NCBI RefSeq assembly: GCF_030144855.1 | Contig: NC_082717.1 | Coordinates: forward strand, 21,948,001-22,012,000 | Reading direction: 5' to 3' | DNA length: 64,000 nt | Origin: Hypanus sabinus | Lineage: Eukaryota | In this document: positions 39,041 through 51,980 of the stretch, one piece after another | Numbering within the stretch: the first letter of the stretch is position 1 | Layout: the number at the start of each line of letters is the position of its first letter | The notes under the pieces: model-generated | What the model was told of the DNA's origin: nothing | Database searches by the model: none | Seen by the model: only the letters and a program-made list of their open reading frames with translations | Program-made: the position numbers and the translations under genes

Positions 39041-39044
<4 letters not shown>

Positions 39045-39074
<30 letters not shown>
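39045..39074 (+). repeat. (TC)15 microsatellite
   Basis: Direct reading. Confidence 0.9.
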
Positions 39075-39077
<3 letters not shown>

Positions 39078-39129
39078 CCCCCCCCCCAAATAAGGGAGAA
39101 AGAGGTGTCTCCATTTCACAAAGCCATTA

Positions 39130-40995
39130 TATCTTCCAAGTGATTAAGAAGGTAAAGATGGAATACGAAAGTAAGCTAGCCAATAATATTAAACAGGATT
39201 CCAAAAGTTTTTCAGATACATAAAGTGTAAAAGGGAGGCGAGAGTAGATAATCGGACCACTGGAAAATGCTGCTGGAGAGATAGTAATGGGGGACAATGA
39301 AATAGCAGATGAACTGAATCAGTATTTCGCATCCGTCTTCACTGGGGAAGACACTAGCAGTCTGGTGGACATTCCAGGTGTCGGGGGCATGAAGTGCGTA
39401 AAGTTACCATAACTACAGAGAAGGTTCTTGGGAAACTGAAATATCTAAAGGTAGATAAGTCACCTGGACCTGACGGTATACACCCCAGAGATCTGAATGA
39501 GGTGGCTGAAGGGATCGTGGAGCCTTTAGTAATGATCTTTCAAGAATCACTAGATTCTGCAATGGTTCCAGAACACTGGAAAAATGCAAATGTCACTTCA
39601 CTCTTTAAAGAGAGAGGCAATGGAAAGGAGGCTAAAGGCTGTTAATCTGACCTCAGTGGTTGGGAAGATGTTTTGTGAGGTATATTATTAAGGATGAGAT
39701 CTCAGAGTACTCAGAGGCACATGATAAAATAGCCGGTAATCAGCATAGTTTCCTCATGGCAAAATCTTGCCTGACAAATCTGTTGGAATTCTTTGAAGAA
39801 ATATCAGTCAGGATAGACAAAGGAAAATCATTTGATGTTGTGTACTTGGATTTTCAGAAGGCCTTTGACAAGGTGCCATGCATAAGGCTGGTTAACAACA
39901 CTCTAGCATGGATCAAGCAGTGGCTGATTGGCAGGAAGCAAAGGGTGGGTGGAAATAAAGGGAGCTTTTTCTGACAGGCTGTCAGTGACTAGTGATGTCC
40001 CACCGGGGTCTGTGTTCGGTCTTTTTAACGTTAAATGTCAATGATTTGATTGACGGAATTGATGGCTTTTTTGCAAATTTTACAGACGCTATGAAGATAG
40101 GAGGCAGGTAGTTTTGAGGAAATAGAGATGTTACAGGACTAGGACAGATTAGGAGAACTATGCAAAGAAATAGCAGGCGGAATAGTGTCAGGATGTGTAT
40201 GGTCATGCAATTTGGTAGAAGAAATGAAATAGTTGACTGTTTTCTAAATGGAGAGAAAATACAAAAAAAACTGAGGTGGAAGGGGACTTGGGAGTCCTTG
40301 TGAAGGATTCCCTAAAGGTTAATTTGCAGGTCGAATCTGGTGAGGAAGGCAAATACAGTGTTAGCATTCATTTCAAGAGGACTAGAATATAAAAGCAAGG
40401 ATGTAATGTTGAAACTTTATAACGCATTGGTGAGGCCTCACTTAGAGTGTTGTGAGCAAGTTTGGGACCCTTATCTTAGAAAGGATGTCTTGAAACTGGA
40501 AAGGGTTGAAAGGTCATTCACGAAAATTATTCCAGGATTGAATGGCTTGTCATATGAAGGCATCTGATTGCTCTGGGCCTGTATTCACTGGAATTCAGAA
40601 GATTAAGAGTTGATCTCATTGAAACCTATCAAATGGTGATGGGCTTTGATAGAGTGGATGTGGAGAGGATGTTTCCTATGGGTAGAGAGTCTAAGACCAG
40701 AGGACACAGCCTCAGAATGGAGGGGCGTCATCAAAGAAAGGAGATGAGAAGAAATTTCTTTAGCTGGAGAATGGCGAATCTGTGGAATTCTTTGCCGCAG
40801 GCAGCTGTGGAGGTCAAGTCTTTATGTATATTTAAGGCAGAGGCTGACCGATTCTTGATTGGTCAGGACATGAAGGTATACGGGGAGAAGGCAGGAGATT
40901 GGGGCTGGGAGGAAAATTGGATCAGCCATGTTGAAATGGTGGATCAGACTCGATGGGCCAAATGGCTTAATTCTGCTCCTACACGTTATGGTCTA
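39130..40995 (+). mobile_element. Degenerate CR1 LINE
   Basis: [35 protein letters not shown] and LVRPHLE fragments. Confidence 0.9.
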
Positions 40996-41608
40996 AGTAA
41001 AGAGAAAATGATAGAGTTTCACTCCAAATATGTAATTACATGGCTCTCTTAGCAACTGTTTCTGTAGGAATTCCAGGCAGCCATTAAATTCTGGACGACT
41101 TGCAATAGTAGTAAAGCTAAAGGGCCTGTATCTAGGCTGTATGACTTTATGACTCAAAGGTAGCGATTGCATACTGGAAGGGCTACCATAGGTCACGTCA
41201 ACCCTTGAAAAGGCAAACTGTGCAACTGATTTCATAGATTTTGTATTTTTTTCCTCTCACTGCTACATCAAGAAGGGATTATTTCCCAGATGACAAGCAC
41301 TTCTCATCTAACTACATCACTAATATCTGGTGTTCTCTAAATTGTCTGAATTTCAAGGCAATGACAGATGAACACAAAACACAATCTTCTAAACATCTCA
41401 AATACAACCTCATATTCAAAACAATTCTCTCTTACACTGAAGGTTAGTTTGCAGATACAACCTTACATAAAATGATTTGATTCCTCAATCAAAATCTCTT
41501 TTTATAATTTATCTCTGGTATTCACTGTCGAATTTGACTGAAGTGACTTGAGAACTTATACAGGTTTACAGTGGAGAAATTTATTGATGAGGTATCTCAA
41601 TATTTTAC

Positions 41609-41726
41609 CTGCCCCTCCATTCTGAGAGCACTGGCTGATACAAGTGGCTTCCCATTCAGAACACAGGCATCATTGACAAGATATCGCGTTGGAACATTGT
41701 CAGAACAATCTACTACAATATCATAC
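41609..41726 (-). CDS. MOCS3: MOCS3 exon 6 ([39 protein letters not shown])
   Basis: Highly conserved MOCS3 segment; CAG|GTAAAA donor; 118 nt; preceded by TTTTAT rather than AG. Confidence 0.95.
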
Positions 41727-41805
41727 ATAAAATTAGTTAAGAAAAATGTAGTTGATCAAAAGATAGTTCAACTGTTAGTCACTAAATAAAACACAAAAAG
41801 GATAT
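41727..41805 (-). other. MOCS3 intron 5: U12-type (minor) intron, 79 nt, AT-AT termini
   Basis: 5' ATATCCTTTT; branch TTTTTCTTAAC (41746-41736); 3' end TAATTTTAT|; joining restores R-Q-Y-D. Confidence 0.88.
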
Positions 41806-41880
41806 TGTCGAATTAGCTGACTTGCGTTCTTGAAATTCAACTGGAAGTGATACGGCAGACATTCAACATTTGAATTTAAC
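41806..41880 (-). CDS. MOCS3: MOCS3 exon 5 (LNSNVECLPYHFQLNFKNASQLIRQ)
   Basis: CTGCAG acceptor; ends at the U12 donor |ATATCCTTT; 75 nt. Confidence 0.93.
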
Positions 41881-41949
41881 CTGCAGACCAAGAAGAGTTT
41901 CAAGTTAAAACGTGTTGATTAAAAATAAAGTTATTGACCTGACATCTGT

Positions 41950-42880
41950 CAAAACTTGCTGGAGGAACTCACAAGACCAAGCAACATCTATGGAAAAGAG
42001 TAAACAGTCGACAGTTCAGGCCTGCATTGGGATTGGGAAAATGGATGAGAAGTCAGATGAAGAAGGTAGGGTAGGGAAGGAAGAAGTACAAGTTAGTAGT
42101 TGATAGGTTAAATCAGGAGAGGGGCAGGGGTGAAGTAAAGAGCTGGGAAGATGGTTGGTGAAAGAGATAAAAGGCTGGAGAAGAGGGAATCTCATTGGAG
42201 AGGGTAAAAGACCATGGAAGAAAGGGAAGGGGGCAGAGCACCAGGGAGAGGTGTTGGGCAGTAAAGGAGATAAGGCAAGAGAGGGAAACGGGAACTGTGA
42301 AGGAGAGGGATGGGGGCAATTACAAGAAGTTCAAGAAATCAATGTTTATGCCATCTGGTTGGAGGCTCCCCAGACGGAACACTAGTTGCTGCTCCTCCAA
42401 CCCGAGTGTCACCTCATCATAGCAGCAGAGGAAGCCAAAGACAGATGTGTCAGAATGGGAAGTAGAATTGAAATGGGTCGTCACTGGGAGATAGCTTTTT
42501 CTGGCAAGCGAGCCTAGGTGCTCGGCGAAGCAGTCTGTCAATCTATGTCGGGTCTCCCCAATATACAGGAGGCTGTACTGGGAACACCGGATAGACTAGA
42601 TGACCCGCAGCAGCCTCACTGATGAGGTGTTGACTCACCCGGAAGGACTGCCTGCAGCCCTGAAAGGTTGTGAAGGAGGAGGTTAGGGCCAGGTTTGACA
42701 TTTGTTCCGCTTGCAAAGACAAGTACCAGGAGAAAAATCAGTGGGGAGGGACAAATGGACAAGGGAGTCATGTAAGAAGTGATCCCTGCAGAAAGTGGAA
42801 AGTGTGGGGCAGAGAGAATGATGTGCTTGGTGGTGGGATCCCATTGGAGAGGGTGGAAATTACAGAGAATTATGGGCTCT
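41950..42880 (-). mobile_element. Penelope-like retroelement fragment (GIY-YIG endonuclease relic plus terminal repeat)
   Basis: FAEHL...VTTHFNSTSH...LEEQQLVFRLGSLQPDGINIDF; a YIGET-like segment upstream; shares the GCTGCC/CCTCCAGCA terminal sequence with other copies. Confidence 0.85.
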
Positions 42881-44204
42881 ACCATGATAAAAGGAGCACA
42901 TGAATCACAAATAATAAATTTTCAGTTAAATCAATCAAAATCCCTGGCCATAATATTATTTTACATGAGTAAAGAGTTGGGTGCTGAACACTTGATGTAA
43001 ATAAGAAAAAAATATATTTGTAATACTTGCAATTTTCAATTTCTTAGCATCAAAGGGGTTTGGAAGGATGTATACAAAATTGATACAAAGCATAGAATGA
43101 TGAATATGTGAAGTTAAGCAATGGGCCTTAAATAAGAAAATGTCTCAAATGGAATCTCACTTTCACAGGCAAATATTTGAAAAGCTGCAATTGAAAAGTC
43201 TTTATATTCTGTCAGATAAGCAGATAATCCAGTTTTTAAATTGGGAAACTGGATAATCTGGTCAGAGAATATTTGTCTCCTTAAGAGAAAAGTGAGAAGA
43301 TTCACCTCAGGACACATAAAGGAATACCATTGTTCATTAAACCAGGACAAGCATTTCCAAAAGCACACCTCAAGTAAGCATGATTAGTAGCCACAGAATT
43401 CTCAAACAGTAAGTCGTCAACACTAAATGAAAGAGGAGTCGGGGAAAACTGGCAAAGAAACAGGTGGAAGTCCCTCAAGTCAGGGGCTTGATTTTAAAGC
43501 AGATCCATTTAATATTTCAAAGTCCATAATTTTTATTACAATATATCTGAACATAGAGCAAGTTCTAAGTTAGAAATCAGTCTGATAAGATGGAACTAAA
43601 TTATCACATCCTGGACACCTGCTTTGGAAATCATGCACAAAAACTTTCCAGACTTGTCAGCATAAATATGTTTGGAAGAGATTATTTTTAAATACAATTT
43701 ATTCCATGTTAATTAATACCAAATCATTGCAAATTAAGGACTCACAATTTTAGTATTTTAAAGTTACATCTTTAATTAATTCACAAAATCAGTTTATCAT
43801 TACAGCAAAGTCAGTCATTCAGTTCATACCACTGTGTTATCTCTTTGAAAGGAATCCACAGACTATTTCCCTATTCTTTTCCCTTAGACTTGAATTTTTT
43901 TTTCATAATAAAATCCAGGTAATAACAGCAATTACTGCAGATCAATAGAAAGAACTCATGAAAAGCGATGTTGTTTTTGGCTATATTGGTGGACACACTT
44001 CAATTCTAAAGTTGCTCCACTGACGTCTGTTAAGATTGATAATCTAGACTGTATGCTCATTTAATTACTGACATGACTGACATGAGGAAACCACTACAAC
44101 ATAAATCCACTGAGACGTCTTAACGAGATTGTACTGCACTCAAGAAAAACCTCTTTCTTTGGTACTCTCAAAGAAAAACAACAAATTTAAAGAACTTCAC
44201 ATAC

Positions 44205-44325
44205 CGATTTATTGCAGTTGCCGCAGACAATGCTTTTGACATGCCCACCTTATCCTCGGCATGGAGAACCTGTCTCTGTAGGTTACTGAGCTCCACATCA
44301 TCATAATCAAGAAGTCCCAATCGAC
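44205..44325 (-). CDS. MOCS3: MOCS3 exon 4 ([41 protein letters not shown])
   Basis: ThiF/MoeB SNLxRQ motif; TTTAG acceptor and GTATGT donor; 121 nt. Confidence 0.97.
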
Positions 44326-44839
44326 CTAAATCGACATTCAAATATCACTAAACATTCCCACAGATCTTTAGATCTTGTCCCCTATAACACTGATTTATTA
44401 AAATATGCTGCTGAACAAGTTAGCTTTTTACAGAACCAATATTGGAAAGTAAGAGTCAGCCTATTATTGGTTTCCGTAGAACTTTACAAGGTCTTAGAGG
44501 TGCTGTTGCCACTGTTGAAATAAACTATTTACTACTTCGGAAAAACTACGAATACACAGATGTTTCTCTGTGAGACAGAATGTGAAATCCACTCTGAATT
44601 AACCCCACAGCACCAGAGTTTTGAGCATGTTATAAAACTGCTTGTTTTTGTTGCAGTCAGCAAAACAAAAGAGAATAATTTATTAAGAGACATTATGACA
44701 ACTCAGGTAATATACTCCTATTTATTAAAATAGTCTGCAATTCATAATTCAAATGGTCATCCTCCATGGAATGCAGACACAGGAGAAACTATTCAGCTAC
44801 TACAAGGGAAGCTACTCAAGTGCCAGTTGAAATAACTAA

Positions 44840-45289
44840 AGGCTGATTTATACTTGTGCGTATGGGCTACGCTGCTGCCCATGCCATAACCCTGGTTTTC
44901 ACTTCTGCGTTGGTCTGCGCCATAGCGAGCATGCATTGGTGTGTGCCAAAACGCTAGTTGACGGTAGGGTTTCTATGCCACTGTGTTAAGTTTCTTTGTG
45001 AGAGACATGGATAAGGAAATGCATTTCAAACATTTTCGCATGTTGGCAGGTAGATTTGACGATTTGGTTCATCTATTTTGCATCGGTGTACGCACAGCCT
45101 ACAGACATGGCGGAGAAGAAGCAAATCGAAATGCAATGCTACCAAGCGGACCAATTACAGTTGTGGTCTGCATCGCCACGATGCGGGAGTAACTTTTCTG
45201 GAGAGATGCATGTTACCCTACAGCATAGGGTACGGTGTAGGTACGCGTTACCTACGGCATTGATGCGTCACACAAGTATAAATTAGCCT
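44840..45289 (+). mobile_element. Non-autonomous PIF/Harbinger-like DNA transposon (MITE)
   Basis: TIRs AGGCTGATTTATACTTGTG / CACAAGTATAAATTAGCCT; TAA/TTA flanks; relic DKEMHFKHFRMLAGRFDDLV resembles the Harbinger transposase N-terminal FRM motif. Confidence 0.8.
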
Positions 45290-46395
45290 TTAGAGTATCA
45301 GAAGGCAATTAGTGGCAGAGTCAAGAGATAGAAATAGATGGTCTTATTGATGGCATTGAAAACTAGTCAGTAACTCAGCATTACACCAAAACATTTCAAC
45401 ATTCTGTCAATTTTAGAGAGTTACCAGCAGAAGAATGGAGTCAGTGCCTAGAAAATATAGACTGTGACACAGACTGAAGGTAAAGAGTTTTGAGTTGGAT
45501 AAATTTCTGCTCATCCAATAATGGATATCAGACAATTTACTGACAGCTGAGAGGACCGGAAAGGCAAGGGTGAGGTAAAGCTGGCTGTCATTGAGCATCA
45601 CATGGACTGTTATGTGGTTTCAGGTGACACTGTTGAAAGTACATTTATAGGTTTTAAAAAAACTCCGAGGAAGCCCTTGGGAAAGAGCATAATTAGTGAT
45701 GGAGAGCAGGAAGAAAAAAACATTGCCTGCAATTTTATGACAATAATTGGATTGACAAGAAATATACCAAGCAACATGTAAAGTGTTCTACTCATCATTG
45801 CTCCTATTTTTCCACCATTGATTGAACTTCTTAGTTCATCTATAACAGAATGAAATGTTCTTTCCCACAGGTAATTCGATACACCACAGTTTCGCTCTCA
45901 TTTAATCCATGTGGTTTCTTATCTTTCTTTCTCCACCCATACAATATACTATATCTTACAACTAAACTATTCATCCTGAACTTGTGCGTGCAACAACAAA
46001 TTATTAATATCACAATGCTGGAGGAACTATGGAGTACCTATGAAGGGCACCCTGGGTCTCACCTTGAAACACCAACTATTTATTCCTCTCCACAGATGCT
46101 GCCTGACCTGCTGAGTTCATTCAGCATTTTGTGTGTGCTGCTCTGCACTTCCAGCAGAATCTCATGTGTTTAAAATTATTAATAGGTGTGGTTAAAAAAA
46201 AACCTGAAACTCTAGTCTGGTCTCTGCAGAGCTTCACTTGCCTCAGCCAATTAGTCAGGAAATCAAGTATACATAAGCATTATTTATCCTGAGTACAAAA
46301 TAAAGGAAACCTGTGTCAATTTCCTTTAAGACATCTTCAGCAAAGTCTTTTGGAGAAAAAGGGGCCAAAGGAAACAAAATTGACAATGATCTTAC

Positions 46396-46488
46396 CAATG
46401 CCTGCAGCTGCCAGGTATTGCGCAGCGGGACAGCCCAGCCCTCCACATCCTACAATTAGAACAGCTTTCTTGGAGAGGTTGAGTTGAC
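46396..46488 (-). CDS. MOCS3: MOCS3 exon 3 ([31 protein letters not shown])
   Basis: GxGGLG loop; AG acceptor and GTAAG donor; 93 nt. Confidence 0.97.
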
Positions 46489-46971
46489 CTATTAACATTA
46501 AATTTTTAAACAAAGATTAATCTTAAGTAAAATTATACAGTGAAGAATATGGCATCAACAGATTTGTGCAAAGCAACTAACTTCTTTTCACACAGTATGT
46601 GTGAGTGAATAACACTGATAACTAGAAGAGACTGAAAATGTCATCAAATAGATGACAGAATAACAATAAACAAGGTTTGGTTACACCAAATTGCTTTGTT
46701 TTGTGTTCCAATTTATATATAATAAAATTTTGAAATTTTCTATTTGAAGAATTAGGCGTTTCATTGTGATTGTCATCTATAATGCTTGTGGTTTCCCTGA
46801 GGTGTAAAGCACATTATCACATGATATCTGAAAATCCTGTGATCATACAATTGTATGCTTTTCTCAACTTGCTTCAAGTGTAAATACAGAGATCGGCCAC
46901 ATGGTGGAACTGTTGAGAAAACTGAGCATAAGATTAGTACAGGTTATTTTTGTGTCGAGAAAATGGTACAT

Positions 46972-47187
46972 TGTAGCGGTGTGCTACACGCAGCGCTAAA
47001 ATTACGACACGGAGTCGGTAACTGCAGTCGAAGGAAAAAACTTTATTCGAAAACTTCAGCCTCACTTTTAAGCCTCCCTCAACCAGCACCCCCATGACGC
47101 AGAGGCTCCAAAGCTCTGTGCTCGCAAACCCCCGTAGGCTATCTAATTGTGAGTCGGTTCGGATGCGCCAGGAAATGGGTCGCCACA
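46972..47187 (-). mobile_element. Solo LTR (family B), CpG-rich and probably young, in MOCS3 intron 2
   Basis: Ends TGTAGCG/CGCCACA; perfect 4-bp TSD ACAT; AATAAA on the minus strand at 47047-47042. Confidence 0.85.
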
Positions 47188-49583
47188 ACATAAGCTTTAA
47201 AGCTGTCCTCTTTTGACATAGCCAAACAGATTATTTTTCTGCACCTCTAAGCAGATGGGCAAAATGCTTATGCAGACCCAAAACAAGATTGCATTTCAAA
47301 TATTAAATAAAGGAGGCTTGGTAGCATAGTGGTTAGCAGAATGCTTTACATTACTTGTGACCTTGGCGTCTCTAAGGAATTTGTATGTTCTCTTGGTGAC
47401 CGTGTGGGTTTCCTCCGAGTGCTCTGCTTTCCTCCCACAGTCCAAAAACATACCGAACACTAGGTTAATTAGTCAATTGTAAAGTGTCCCAGGATTAAAC
47501 TAGTTTTACAATCGGGAACAGCTCAAAGGTCTGAAAGAGCCTATTCCGCGTTGTATCTCAAATAATAAAACTAAAATAATATGCAAGTTAGTATATCACT
47601 ACCATATAACGGGGTTATTATTGTCACATGTATTAATATACAGTGAAAAAAAACTGATTTTGCATGACAGCCATACTGGTTATTCTAAAAGTATAAGGAG
47701 AATGAAAGGAATTTTGCCTTTGGTAAAAAATTTTAATTGTTTTCTCGTAGGATTAGGTATCATTCACTTGCTTTTGTTTTTCATTGCTTTTTGCCCCAAG
47801 TGGCTTGCTTGGCCACTTGAAATGCAGTTAAGAGTTGCATATAAAGAAACTAAATTCAGTCATCACATTTCCATACACAGAAGACACAAGCTAATCTCAT
47901 GGTTTCTACAAAATTTCAATACATTCATAATCATCCTAAATGATTTTTTTTCTAGATATTTTACTGAGATGTATTTAATTACTTGACTGCAAATTTGCCA
48001 AATGCCATAATGCCATTCAAACGTGTCAGAGTCACAGTTACGCAGCGCTGCAGCAGGGTCCTCATTCTACCATATCGATGATGACCCTCAAGTACGAACT
48101 CTACCACTCCCCCTTACTATCATGTGGCTTCTAACCTTCCATGCTGTGGTGGTTCAAGCATTCGTCCAGATATGATTTAAATTTTCTGAAAGCACCTCCA
48201 TCTCAAATAGTGCTTCTAAACTGCAAACACCCACTGACCGATAATTTTTTTCTTGTTATCCTTTCTAACTCCTCACATGAAACCTTTGATCTGTTTATAA
48301 GCCATCTCTGTTAAGGGGAGAAAAAAAATTCTTATTATCCACTATACCCTTGCAATCATAATTTTTCATACCACTATCAGATTCCCCCTCAGCTTCCTCA
48401 GTTCAAAGGGAAACGAACCCAGACTATATAGTTTCTCCTCATAACTGAGACACTTCATTGCAAGCAACAACCTGAAAAAATCTCATCTGTGCATGCACCA
48501 ATCACATCCTTCCTATAATGCTGCAAGCAGAATTATACATACTGCTCCTGCTGGGACTTCACCAAAATTCTGTAAGATTGTACCAGGAGCTCTTATACAC
48601 TTAAATTAGTCGAGCTGATGAAAATCAACATTCCGTAAGCCTCCTTCTCCACCTCATCTACTTGTGCTGTCACCTATATTCATCTTTGGACTTGTCTACC
48701 AAGGTCACTCGGGTCTTCAATCCAATTATGGTCCCTTCCCTTCACTGTGCATGTTCTCTCTCAATTGCCAGAGTACCAGTTCAAGACATGAGCTGTTGTG
48801 CTTAATATCACAGAATTTGATTAATCATTTGAACTCTGTAACAACAGAAATCGGGCTAAGCAATCAGTCCTGCAGAAGGATATTGGTCATGGCTTCATCA
48901 AAATCTGTAGTCCATCCTCTGTGGTAAAAAGCTTGGTATTTAGGTTTTGACAGAAAGTAAACAACAAATGAAAGCAGCAATACCAGATTTGTCTGTTTTT
49001 CCATTCAGCTAAATCCCTGGCTTGGGCATAAACAAGGAATCGAACCCCAATCAGAAATTCAAACACACTTTCTGAACAAACAAGTTACTTAAACATGCAT
49101 GAAAGCAGGCTAAAGAATTATAACCTGACAGATTTAATAGAATTCTGAGTTCATTAAGACTTGCTACTGTACTTTGCTGTACTATCCACTGTTGAAAATT
49201 AACTGAAACATAATTTCAGCAAGAGAGAAGTGAATTCTTACGACCCAGAGAACACAATTGTTCTAAATCGTAATGAAAAATTTGGCGTGGTTGATTTCAA
49301 TGAATTTAAGTAGTTAACAAATGACAGTAATTCATGAAAAAACAGCAACACACCGTTCCAGTTTCTAGAACAAGGTCACAAAAGCCTGCAGTACTGCCAA
49401 AATTGAACTCCAAATGTGCTGTACAGTCTTGTTTATCTGAACTTAATTTCACAACTCCCATTATGGGATATGAACTTCTGCTCTCTGTGTTTGGTGGCCC
49501 AATTCCATGACCACCACTCCAATGTAGTCTTTACATGTTAATTAAAATCATACAATTTGCATTCTACTTTTTTCTATCAATAC

Positions 49584-49719
49584 CTTTGACTCCAATTTCT
49601 GGAATGATAAGCTGTCTGCTGTACCTCATGATTTCTTCTTTAGAGAGTGATTTATCTTCCAGTGTAGGAATCTCTGTAACTTGTTGAACTAATGTGAACT
49701 TACTTCCAGAATGAGAATT
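49584..49719 (-). CDS. MOCS3: MOCS3 exon 2 (NSHSGSKF...LSKEEIMRYSRQLIIPEIGVK)
   Basis: TTTTTTCAG acceptor; RYSRQL motif; G|GTATTG donor; 136 nt. Confidence 0.95.
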
Positions 49720-51074
49720 CTGAAAAAAAAAGCATGATCAGGCTGAGAGAATGAATACAATCATCTTTAAAATTCCACAGAAATCCATAATACCCGTAAT
49801 AAAATGAGTGACTATACAAATTCTAAATCCACCTGACTCAATGTTTTTTTTGTCATGATAAAAACTGGACACACAAAATTAAAAATTTTCATGAGGCATT
49901 CCTTGGCAATATTTTGCCAAAAACCAAGAGCGAAGCAGAAGATTAAACCATAGAAACAAGAATTCAGAATTCCCAGCAAAATTTAATTATATAAGAACAG
50001 CAAGACCACTTGGGAAATGTTAGTCATGACTTTTATAATGGTGGGGAGAGGGGGGGGGGCAGTGGTGCCAGAAAGAGCTGGGTCACTTAAGATTTAAGGG
50101 CACAGAGTATCCTTACATTTGGGTCCAGCTTCATGGAAGACACAAAGAGACTCACAGATATATGATCAAAGTTCAAAAATCCAGAAGTAAATTAATTATG
50201 TCTAGAGTTGATGAAGCAAATGACAGAATTACACTCAGCAAAGTGTTTGTGCTGGAAAATTTTATTAATTTATTTATTGAGGTGCAGCATGGAATAGGCC
50301 CTCCTGACCCTTTGAACCTTGCAACCCAGCAATCCCACCAATCACAAGACAACTTACAATAACCAAGTGACCTACCAACTGGGACCTCTTTGGATTGTGG
50401 GAGGAAACAGAGGACCCTGAGGAAACCCACACGGTCTTGGATGTACAAATTGATTACAAGGAGCAGCAGGCCGCCTTTACTGTAAAGCATTGTGATAACC
50501 ACTACATTACCATTAACCATTTAAAAGATAATGAACTCCCAGTACCTGACAACCAAAAATTGTAAACAAAATGGCTGCTGGTAGAGTACATGCACATGTT
50601 GACAGCCTGAAAATTCAAATGAGGACAGAACATTTTCCACAGACTGGAAGTTAATACATGCAATCCCACTATGTACCAAAAGAGATAAAACAGGAAACTA
50701 TATAGACCAATCAGCCAGGCGTCAATTATAGAGTAAATACTGGAAATGAATTATCAAGTAATTTCAGTCTGCAGAGTGATCCTCAAATTCGGGTTGCCTG
50801 TACCTATGATTTTCTATACCATTTCCAATCTCAGCTGCATGTTATAAAGTTGAAGAACAACATCTGATGATGGCACAATGCAGGGTAGTGGTTAGCATGA
50901 CACTATTACAGCTTGGGGCCTTGGAGTTCAGAGTTCAATTCCAACGTCATCTGTAAGCAGTCTCCAAGTCCTCCCCGTGGATTGCGAGGGTTTTCTCCAA
51001 ATAGTCTGGTTTCCTCCAAAGGCATACCAATTGGTTGGTTAATTGGTATTTGTCTAAAACACAACAAATAAATA

Positions 51075-51245
51075 CAACACACACAAAATGCTGGAGGAAC
51101 TAAGCAGGCCAGGCAGCATCCACTGAAAAGAGCACAGCCCAAAAAGTCGACTGTACTCTTTTCCGTGGCTGCTACCTGAGCTTGCTGAGTTCCTCCAGCA
51201 TTTTCTGTGTGCTGCTTGGATCTCCAGCATCTGCAGATTTTCTCG
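51075..51245. repeat. Fold-back Penelope terminal-repeat element
   Basis: CACACAAAATGCTGGAGGAACT...AGTTCCTCCAGCATTTTCTGTG inverted arms; related copies at about 46010-46160, 54270-54425 and 17670-17790. Confidence 0.75.
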
Positions 51246-51773
51246 TTTGTCATTAAAATACATCTCTGGGGTCTATTCAAAAGCACTTTTTTAAAGATTT
51301 ACTTGGCCCTGACTGGCCAGTCAAGATTATTTAATATCATATCCAATACATAAGTGTAAAGGACAACGAAATAATTGTTACTCTGGATTTGATGCAGCAC
51401 AAAAAAGATAGAGAACAGGATAATAATAAAAACACACAATATAAATACATTAGATAGCTCATATACATATGTTGATTTAAGTCCATAAAGTGCCAGTAGA
51501 CACAGGAGTCTCATAAGGTGATCAACAGGAAATGATAAAGTAGTGGTGATTAGCGGCATGGCGGGCTGGGTTAGTGGGTGGAGTTGTTGATCAGCCTTAC
51601 TGATTGGAGAAAAGAAGCTCTTTCTGAGTCTGGTGGTCCTGGTATGGATGATGCGTAGCCTCCTCCCTGATATGAGTGGGATAAACAATCCAGGAGCCAG
51701 GGTGGGTGGGATCCTTCATGATATTACTGGCCCTTTTCCAGCATCTTTCTGTATATACGTCCTTGACGGCACT

Positions 51774-51980
51774 GACAGCCAAGTGCAACTCCTGGCCTTT
51801 TTGTGTGGCTGTTTCTACTGACCGGAGAAGGGGCAAAGGTGGGTCCTGGCACCTTAAAACCAGTGCTTCGGGTAGATGGAGTCGTCAGCCTGGGAAGGCA
51901 GTCCATCTAAGAGAGGGAAAACTCTGATTTCAAACCTCCGCTGCCTTGCGGCCAGACCCACTCATGGGAAAGGCTTAGAA
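51774..51980 (+). mobile_element. Probable 5' region of an RTE-type retroelement, abutting a minus-strand Rex-like fragment (51325-51770)
   Basis: GGCAG..CATCTAAGAGAGGGAAAACTCTGATTTCAAACC resembles RTE 5' UTR sequence; this is from recall, not from a search. Confidence 0.45.
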
